A program made the position numbers and the translations under genes. Below are positions 57,108 through 64,000 of a stretch of DNA of 64,000 nucleotides, one piece after another. Below the pieces are notes generated by a model. The model saw only the letters and a program-made list of their open reading frames with translations. It made no database searches and was not told the DNA's origin. Source of the stretch: Candidatus Poribacteria bacterium (lineage in GTDB: Bacteria > Poribacteria > WGA-4E > PCPOR2b); contig OZ242326.1 in assembly GCA_965208325.1 (NCBI GenBank), positions 3,744,001 to 3,808,000 of the forward strand. Reading direction: 5' to 3'. The stretch's first letter is position 1; every line of letters starts with the position of its first letter.

Positions 57108-58871
57108 TCAACTAATGTCTGGATTCAATTCTGACGCTTTCGTGGTGTCTTTAAGACGAAATGGTGCTGCAGTTCGCCCGCCTTTGGGAAGCCCAAGCGG
57201 CAGATGCACATTTAGGAGGAATGGACGCCCCTCTCCTTCGACGACGTCAAGTCCATGGGCGATCGCATCGGGAAGGTAGGATTCATCCTGTACGTGCATG
57301 CCGTCTATTCCAAATCCGTCCGCAAGCTTTACCGGATCCGCCCCATCTAAAACTACACCGGCATATTCGCCGGACCGCTGCATAGTGGTTCCATCCGTTT
57401 TCGAAAAGAGGTTAGCGACAACGCCATAGCATCGGTTGTTCGGTACAATGTAAAGCACAGGAATGCCGTGATGCGCTGCTGTCCACATCCCTGAATCCGC
57501 ATAGAACATCGATCCATCGCCGACTAACCCGACTACAGGCTTATCCGGCGCTGCGAGCTTCACGCCGATTGTCCCGCCGACGCCGTAACCCTCCGAACCA
57601 CCTGCGGGCCGAATATATACGGTGTTGTTGGCTTTATGCACCGCGCCTATATTATCCAAGGGCACCGCAAACTGCTCAATCATGACGTGTCCGCCGCCCA
57701 TGCGTTCCAACGCTGCGTCCAATGCGTCGGCTAGTATCCACGGGCGTACTTTACCGGCCTGAGGTGCTACGCGTTGTGCAGCCTGCATCCGTTGTGCACG
57801 GAGTGCAGTGGCTTGCTCATGCGCCATATTACGGCGTTCATCAAAGCGGTTCGGTGCAAATTCCTTCGTCGCCAGTTCTTTGAGACGTTCCAGCGTTCGG
57901 CACTCGTCCGCCAAAATTGCCAAATCAAGCGTTTGGGTATTTTTCAGATGTTCATTGTCCGAGCCGATAGCGATAATCTCTTGCGCTGCGGAAAATGTGA
58001 CGAAATCCCGGGGATGCCCGGTCCCGGTATGCCGTACTCCGATGCAAACAATGACATCCGGATTGAGCAGCTTTCCCGCTTGATCGAACCGTCCGCAATG
58101 CAGCTTATGCTTAATCGAAACGCCTCGCATATCGCCGGCTATGGGAATGCCGAAATGCTCTGCAATTGCGGCGGCATGAAATCCTGCACCGCTTTTCCAT
58201 ACGCCGTCACCGATATAAAGCAGCGGACGCTCCGCGTCGCACAGCGATCGTGCAACCGCTTCTACGTCATTGTCATCCGGATAGCCTGCACGGAGGTTGG
58301 GGATGTCTCCCTCTATAATGTTCGTGGTTACCTGCTGGTCATGCAGCAGCCGATCGTAAACGGCGAGATGTACGGGTCCGACCGGCGGCGTTTTTGCCAC
58401 CCGTAGGGCGCGGTGGATGGCTTGCGGAAGGCCGTCTGGCTCAATCACCGTCCAATTCGCTTTGGTGAAGGGCGCGGAGATGGAGGTTGGCCCAAAGCTA
58501 TGATCAAAATCCAGTTCGATTTTATCCAAATAGCTGCCGGTGTCGCCCGCAAACGTGATGACGACAACCGGAAATTTACCGCTCCAGATGTTGATAAGCT
58601 GACCCAAGCATTGCGCCAACCCGGCGCCAAGATGAACCAACATGACCGCCGCATCGAGTTTGACTTGGGTGTAACCTCCAGCCATAGCCGCAACGCCTCC
58701 CTCGTGGAGTGCTAAGATGCCGTGTATATCAGGGTGCGCATGTAATGCATCGAAAAAGCGCGCCTCGCGCGAGCCGGAGTTATTGAAAACATACTTCACC
58801 CCTGACGCCGCGAGCTGTTCAATCATAATCTGAGATGGATTTGCTGAGATGGGATTTGTTTGCACCGACAC
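57108..58871 (-). CDS. Thiamine pyrophosphate-dependent decarboxylase-like enzyme
   Basis: LALHE...AAMA.GY, PP.GPV.L, GDGSMFY...NN (benzoylformate decarboxylase-like). GTG start. Confidence 0.88.
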   Translation of the reverse strand: MSVQTNPISANPSQIMIEQLAASGVKYVFNNSGSREARFFDALHAHPDIHGILALHEGGVAAMAGGYTQVKLDAAVMLVHLGAGLAQCLGQLINIWSGKFPVVVITFAGDTGSYLDKIELDFDHSFGPTSISAPFTKANWTVIEPDGLPQAIHRALRVAKTPPVGPVHLAVYDRLLHDQQVTTNIIEGDIPNLRAGYPDDNDVEAVARSLCDAERPLLYIGDGVWKSGAGFHAAAIAEHFGIPIAGDMRGVSIKHKLHCGRFDQAGKLLNPDVIVCIGVRHTGTGHPRDFVTFSAAQEIIAIGSDNEHLKNTQTLDLAILADECRTLERLKELATKEFAPNRFDERRNMAHEQATALRAQRMQAAQRVAPQAGKVRPWILADALDAALERMGGGHVMIEQFAVPLDNIGAVHKANNTVYIRPAGGSEGYGVGGTIGVKLAAPDKPVVGLVGDGSMFYADSGMWTAAHHGIPVLYIVPNNRCYGVVANLFSKTDGTTMQRSGEYAGVVLDGADPVKLADGFGIDGMHVQDESYLPDAIAHGLDVVEGEGRPFLLNVHLPLGLPKGGRTAAPFRLKDTTKASELNPDIS

Positions 58872-59038
58872 ACTCCTAAATCGAAAGTTAGTTTACTGAG
58901 GGAGAGTCAATGAAATCACTCTTATTTTATGTATATGCGCATCAGTGTCAAGCAAAAACTTGAAGATGCGCTTGCCAACTGCACCACATTATTATCTTGC
59001 ATTTTTGGGCAGAAGCGATAAACTATAGTAAAGTCTTT

Positions 59039-59300
59039 GTAGGTTGGGTTGAGCAGAGATTATGAAAAGCGCGCAAATTTTGTAAGCGATTCGTGTGTTT
59101 AAATTGTTTCATAAGCGTAATGATGCAGCGTAACCCAACGCTTTTGGTTTATCGCGAGGTGTTCAATTTATTGAAACCGGATCGGATTCACGAAGAACGT
59201 CGGGTTGCGCTGCGTGTGTATTGCGAACTGCATGGTTCGGTATTCGGAACGGTAGTTGCCGCGTGCACAGCCTTGCGAAAACCCGCTTAAGCCAACCTAC
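59039..59300. repeat. Inverted GTAG-REP pair (BIME/MITE-like)
   Basis: gtaggttgggttgagc ... gcttaagccaacctac, with inner gcagcgtaaccc/gggttgcgctgc. Related units near 59369 and 62347. Confidence 0.6.
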
Positions 59301-59461
59301 GGAAGCTATATTTCCGTTCCACCGGCCGGGGATTGGGTAGACGCAAGACCTCACTCGGTTTAATCCCCGTAGGGGCAGTCCTTGTGATTGCCCTTGATGC
59401 TGAAGTGCGTAACTCCTAACAGTATTGAATTATGCCCATTCAAACGCGAGAGGAATAAAAG

Positions 59462-61303
59462 ATGACAATCTTAGCAAAAAAAGGCCGACTACCCGATTTC
59501 CCAGTTTTTCGGCATAGTGTTTTGTCGTGGATGGGGGTTGGTGTGCTCACCGCCATACTTGCATTTAATGTAATGGGTGAGCAAGTTGTGTTGAATTCCG
59601 ACTCCACTCAGAACGAGGTACTGATTGTGCAAGAGGAGATTAGACACACTAACCAAGGGAATGAAAAGGGGGTCATAGCAGCCGATACGCTCGACTTAGC
59701 TGATCATGCGAAACTCGCTTTGAACTATCTAAAAGGCAACATGGACCTCAGGGGGCTTGGGCGGTACAAAGGTGCTCCCGGGGCGATTTTCCCCGTTGTC
59801 AAGGGACAGCCTTACCACAACGTGATTCTTAATGCCGACCACCCTCTCATGGAACACGTGGTCGGGGACGATGTGGCTTCAATCGGCATGGGCGCCATCA
59901 TACAAGCTCGCAGTATGCTCGGTATTGAGGAGTATCTTGAAGAGGAGAACATCTTAAAGGAATTGATGATGGGGTTTATCCAACCGAACGGAGCCATAGT
60001 GGCTCATGGAACACATCCGGCTTATGCCTTGGATAGCTTCATCACCTGGTATGCAGTTTCAGAAGATGAAGCTGTCAAGGATATGATTGAAAGGGATATT
60101 GAAGCCCTTCAGGGTTCGAACGACCACTATCTAATAGACCCGCTCGCCAGATGGTACGAGATAACAGAAAGCGATTCGGCGCGAGTCCTTGCCGACCGTC
60201 TGACAAGCCGGTTTGTAAACGAATCGTCACGGGTTCGGAGCGATGGAAGTTTCATCCCCACCCCTCAAGGAGAAATCCCTCCGGGTTTTGAAACCGGATG
60301 GGATCCAAATGGTCATGTGGAGTCGAAGATAAGGCCTGGGGCAGGCGTCCTTAGGTTTGCCATAGCGACGGGGAATGTGGAACTGATTGAATGGAGCAAG
60401 AAGTTATTTGACTATGTCGAAAGCTTCAGCGGCGGCATCGGTTGGTACCCTGAAAGCCTCTTCTTTAGGGGTTATTCGGGAGTCTCGGGTTGTGAGACCT
60501 GTTGCATCAGAAGTATGCTGTTGATGGGAATACTTCTGGCAAAGGCCGGCTACCCAGCATATTGGAATAACGTGGAACGCGCTGCAAGAAATCACCTTGT
60601 TGAAAGCCAGTTGCAGGACACAAGTTGGGTAAATCGCCGCGGGCCCAGCCCCGATGAGACGCCGAGAATGACATATCGCGAGGTTCCCGAACGCGTACTG
60701 GGCGGATTTGCCGGATGGAGCGACCCAAACGACTGGGTCGGGAAGCGGATGAGCCGCAAAGGCAGCGTACAGATCATGCACTGCTGTATCTCCGGGACTG
60801 AAGCCCTTTACATCGTTTGGCACAATATCGTGACGCAAGACGAGAGCGGTGTGAGCGTGAACCTTCTTTTGAATCGGGATTCAAACTGGGTTCGAGTCAA
60901 TAGCCACATGCCGTACGAAGGGAAAGTGGAACTTTTTGTCCACAATGCGCCGGCTCTCTCGGTCCGTGTACCTGACTGGGTGAGCATACACGATGTGCAC
61001 GTTTTTGTCGATGACCGGGAGGTTGACGTGTTAGCCGAAGACTGGCACGGCGGTTATGTGCGGCTTACAGGTCTAAAACCCGGCCAGAAGGTCACGATTA
61101 CCTTTCCACAACGAGAGATTGCCGAAGAAAAGTTCTTTGCGGGGCGCACCTACACGCTTTCTTGGCGGGGTGATACAGTGGTGAACATCTCCCCCAACGG
61201 CGTCATCTCTCCCACCTACCAGCGCGGGGACATGCAGCACGGCAGAAGTGCGCCTTTGAAGCGCGTTGTCTACCACGTACCCGACAAAGAGGTGCCTTGG
61301 TAA
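59462..61303 (+). CDS. GH127/GH146-like glycoside hydrolase
   Basis: CETCC, ERAARNHL, HCC..G, P.EG.V, L.VRVP.W, GYV.L, GQ.V.I.FP. Confidence 0.7.
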   Translation: MTILAKKGRLPDFPVFRHSVLSWMGVGVLTAILAFNVMGEQVVLNSDSTQNEVLIVQEEIRHTNQGNEKGVIAADTLDLADHAKLALNYLKGNMDLRGLGRYKGAPGAIFPVVKGQPYHNVILNADHPLMEHVVGDDVASIGMGAIIQARSMLGIEEYLEEENILKELMMGFIQPNGAIVAHGTHPAYALDSFITWYAVSEDEAVKDMIERDIEALQGSNDHYLIDPLARWYEITESDSARVLADRLTSRFVNESSRVRSDGSFIPTPQGEIPPGFETGWDPNGHVESKIRPGAGVLRFAIATGNVELIEWSKKLFDYVESFSGGIGWYPESLFFRGYSGVSGCETCCIRSMLLMGILLAKAGYPAYWNNVERAARNHLVESQLQDTSWVNRRGPSPDETPRMTYREVPERVLGGFAGWSDPNDWVGKRMSRKGSVQIMHCCISGTEALYIVWHNIVTQDESGVSVNLLLNRDSNWVRVNSHMPYEGKVELFVHNAPALSVRVPDWVSIHDVHVFVDDREVDVLAEDWHGGYVRLTGLKPGQKVTITFPQREIAEEKFFAGRTYTLSWRGDTVVNISPNGVISPTYQRGDMQHGRSAPLKRVVYHVPDKEVPW

Positions 61304-61455
61304 GGGCTATCGAATGACCAAGGAAATGAAAAGGTCGATAGTGCTAACCTCCCGTAACCCCTCCTTGGTAAGGAGGGGAATGAAACCATCCCTCATTCGT
61401 TCCGACGATTCCTCTTTTACGCGTAGGTTCGAGTATTGAATCTTGGAGGCTCCAA

Positions 61456-62250
61456 TTACACCTCGTTCAGTGCGCGAAGCTCCTCATCGCTATTGAACTG
61501 AAGTGGTCGCAGATGCAGCCCGCCGTCAACAACCAACTGACTCCCGGTGGTGTAGGCGCTCAATCTGTCGGAGAGCAATAACACCGCTGCAGGTCCCAAC
61601 TCCTCCGGTTTTCCGAACCGGCGCAGCGGAATTTCGCGTTTCAGAATCTGCTCCTGTGTCTCGGTAATTCCTGCCGTAAGGCGTGTGGGATAGTGGCCGG
61701 GCACCAGAAGATTGACGCGGATGCCGAAGGGAGCCATTTCGGTGGCGAGGCTCTCCATCAATACCCGAATTCCGGTCTTTGAGATATGGTAGGAAGTTTC
61801 TGTGAACGATCGATTAAATTGAGCCGTCGATCCAACGATTAAAATGCACCCCTGTCTGCGGGCAATCATATGCTTCCCGACTTCACGCGTTGCCCAAATG
61901 CAGGCTGAAAGGTTAGTATTAATCGTCTGCATCCACGATTCCGTCGTAATTCGGGTAATCGGTTGGTGCCATGCCCAAGCGGCGTTGTTGACGTAGAGAT
62001 CTAAATGTCCGAAGTTGTCGATGACCTGCGCCACGGTATCAACTACCTGATCTTCTTGGCTCACGTCTGCCCGGATGGAAATCCCCCTAACACCGCACGC
62101 TTCAATTTCTTTCTGCGTTTCCAATGGCGGGTTTCGGCTGGCAATCGCTACATCGACACCTTCCTGAGCCAGTGCCAGCGCGATTGCGCGTCCGATTCCC
62201 GTACCGCCGCCCGTAACAAGGGCGGTCTTCCCTTTAAGTCCGCTGTCCAC
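61456..62250 (-). CDS. Short-chain dehydrogenase/reductase
   Basis: TGGGTGIG, NNAA, YHISK, IRVN.L.PG. Confidence 0.95.
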   Translation of the reverse strand: MDSGLKGKTALVTGGGTGIGRAIALALAQEGVDVAIASRNPPLETQKEIEACGVRGISIRADVSQEDQVVDTVAQVIDNFGHLDLYVNNAAWAWHQPITRITTESWMQTINTNLSACIWATREVGKHMIARRQGCILIVGSTAQFNRSFTETSYHISKTGIRVLMESLATEMAPFGIRVNLLVPGHYPTRLTAGITETQEQILKREIPLRRFGKPEELGPAAVLLLSDRLSAYTTGSQLVVDGGLHLRPLQFNSDEELRALNEV

Positions 62251-62409
62251 ACTATCCTCCTACTATTTTTTGGGGGTAAAAAAAATTGTCTGTTACCGCC
62301 TCTCCGGTGAAATCCAGGGCTCCCGCGCTCCTTACTCTGGTCCTTGTAGGTTGCGTTGAGCCAACGGTTAAACGTCACGGTCAACCTGAATCGAAGAAAA
62401 TCGCGGCCG

Positions 62410-63204
62410 TTATTCACTCTCTTGATCAGTCATGATTTCGAGGTAATCACTTTCCCATGTAAACTCGTTGACTTCAAAAAATGTCTCCGGCATCACGAAA
62501 TCACTGAGCTTATGTATCGCCCGTTTGATGTGTTTCTGCCCGCCCCTGACTACAAATACGCCGTGCCCCGGCAATAACACATCAACTTCTAGATTGGCTA
62601 GTTTGTGGATATCGCGCCGATAGTCAGCCATGCTAAATCCATCCAGATTCAATAAACCCAGCTTGCCGGCGTAAAAAACTGTATCGCCCGTGCATAGTGC
62701 GCGCTTCCCATTATCGCTGAATGAAAAACAGGTGGCGTCCTTCGTATGGCCCTGCACCAGTATAGCTTCAACCTCAATGTCCCCGATCTGTATCCGTTCT
62801 CCATCGGCAAATGTGGAAACATTTGGGCAGGCGCGCGGCTTAAACTCGGACGGATAGCGGCCATACTTAAAGTTGAGTTCAATCGCAGGGTCGCCGTCAA
62901 CACTTTCCATTAAACTCGCACCTAGTGTATGCACCCATACCTCGGCGCCTGTGTGTTGGCGAAGTGCATCGGCGCCGCCCCAATGCCCTAAATGCGAGTG
63001 GGTGATTAGTATGTGCTTTAATAGCTCTGGGTCGAAGCCATCGGAGATAATGTTTGCCATAATATCATCCACGCCCATGCCCAACCCCGTATCCACCAAT
63101 CCTAACGCCGTTCCGCCGTCAATTAGAAAACAGTTGCAGTCAAGGGGATAACTTAGCGCAAATTGGTCACTTCCTACCATGTAAACATGGTCACTAATAC
63201 GCAT
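62410..63204 (-). CDS. MBL-fold metallo-hydrolase
   Basis: LVDTG, THSHLGHWGG, GHT, TGD, LLPGHG. Confidence 0.9.
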   Translation of the reverse strand: MRISDHVYMVGSDQFALSYPLDCNCFLIDGGTALGLVDTGLGMGVDDIMANIISDGFDPELLKHILITHSHLGHWGGADALRQHTGAEVWVHTLGASLMESVDGDPAIELNFKYGRYPSEFKPRACPNVSTFADGERIQIGDIEVEAILVQGHTKDATCFSFSDNGKRALCTGDTVFYAGKLGLLNLDGFSMADYRRDIHKLANLEVDVLLPGHGVFVVRGGQKHIKRAIHKLSDFVMPETFFEVNEFTWESDYLEIMTDQESE

Positions 63205-63460
63205 GATACTTACCTCCGTTGCTCCTTTGATATATATTCTTACCTAGCCTTAACGTCTTTTCAAAGTTTGTTCTAATCTATTTGAATACTTCAGTATTGT
63301 TTTGTAGACGAGTTATTGATACACAGCGGAATCGATATGCCGACATTTTCCTATTCCCGGTACGTGTTCCTACAACGTCGGACACCGTCTGTTTGCATCT
63401 CTCGTTTTGCGGCTTTGAGTAGCACACGCATTTCACAATAACACTGTTACTGTATTAGCA

Positions 63461-63877
63461 TCAAACTTCAGGTACAAGATTCTTCTTGATTTCGATAAAC
63501 TCAACGATCCAGCCGCTGGGCGAAATCATAAACGCTACCCTTCGCTCGCCGAAACCCGCTGAAACTTCGGCTATATCCCGCATCATTTCGGCGCCGCCGG
63601 CGAGCGCTTTGTCAACATCTTGATCCAAACTGCTCGACATATAGACCAAATGTGTCATACCGTACGGCAACGTTTTCCCAAGCCAATCCTCGTAGACCAT
63701 CTTCTCCGCCAAGTGCAGATATTTGTCGCCCATCTTGACTAACGGCACGCGGAAAAATTCGCCATCTATTTCGAGTGTCTCGTCTAGCACAATTTCGTTT
63801 CCGATTTGGCGGTGAAATTCCAACTCACGCTCAAGATCCGGAACCTTGATACCGATAGTCCACAAACCGGTTAACAT
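63461..63877 (-). CDS. VOC/glyoxalase family protein
   Basis: IGIKV.DL....F, THL.Y, RVAF..SP.G..VEFIE. Confidence 0.85.
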   Translation of the reverse strand: MLTGLWTIGIKVPDLERELEFHRQIGNEIVLDETLEIDGEFFRVPLVKMGDKYLHLAEKMVYEDWLGKTLPYGMTHLVYMSSSLDQDVDKALAGGAEMMRDIAEVSAGFGERRVAFMISPSGWIVEFIEIKKNLVPEV

Positions 63878-64000
63878 TATCAACCCCCTTTCAAGATTGT
63901 GTGAATCATCGCTTATTGCCTAAACGATGCCGCAGCGTGTTTTGATTCGCTTCCTTCAGGAACAGTACGAACCTTAACTCAGATGATCTAAGCCGCCAAT

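Overview
Bacterial chromosomal window from a diderm, LPS-making organism (LptD, KdsA/KdsC, SurA-like chaperones). Gene content suggests Candidatus Poribacteria or a similar lineage, but that is an unverified impression. The window has two parts. (1) Bases 1 to ~13.4 kb are an accessory island entirely on the minus strand. It holds a tandem array of secreted metzincin (matrixin/M10-like) peptidases, each paired with a secreted partner protein of one unknown family. There are 7 partner copies and 7 peptidase copies, several decayed. The array is interleaved with two nearly identical GH108 lysozyme genes, a holin-like gene, a group II intron domain-I remnant and a nonsense-disrupted ECF sigma factor. 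(2) The rest is mostly core or metabolic: ECF sigma/anti-sigma, trxB, mfd, three parvulin/SurA chaperones followed by an LptD with inserted parvulin domains, recX, a kdsC-kdsA fusion, TPP enzymes, SDRs and MBL-fold proteins. It is interrupted by an ISAs1-family IS, several MITE/REP elements, and a 2031-bp element (16049-18079). That element encodes only two paralogous DUF1670-like proteins and is bounded by bipartite inverted repeats and a 4-bp direct repeat. The two best candidates for undescribed systems are this DUF1670 mobile element and the peptidase/partner array. No rRNA, tRNA or CRISPR array was recognised.
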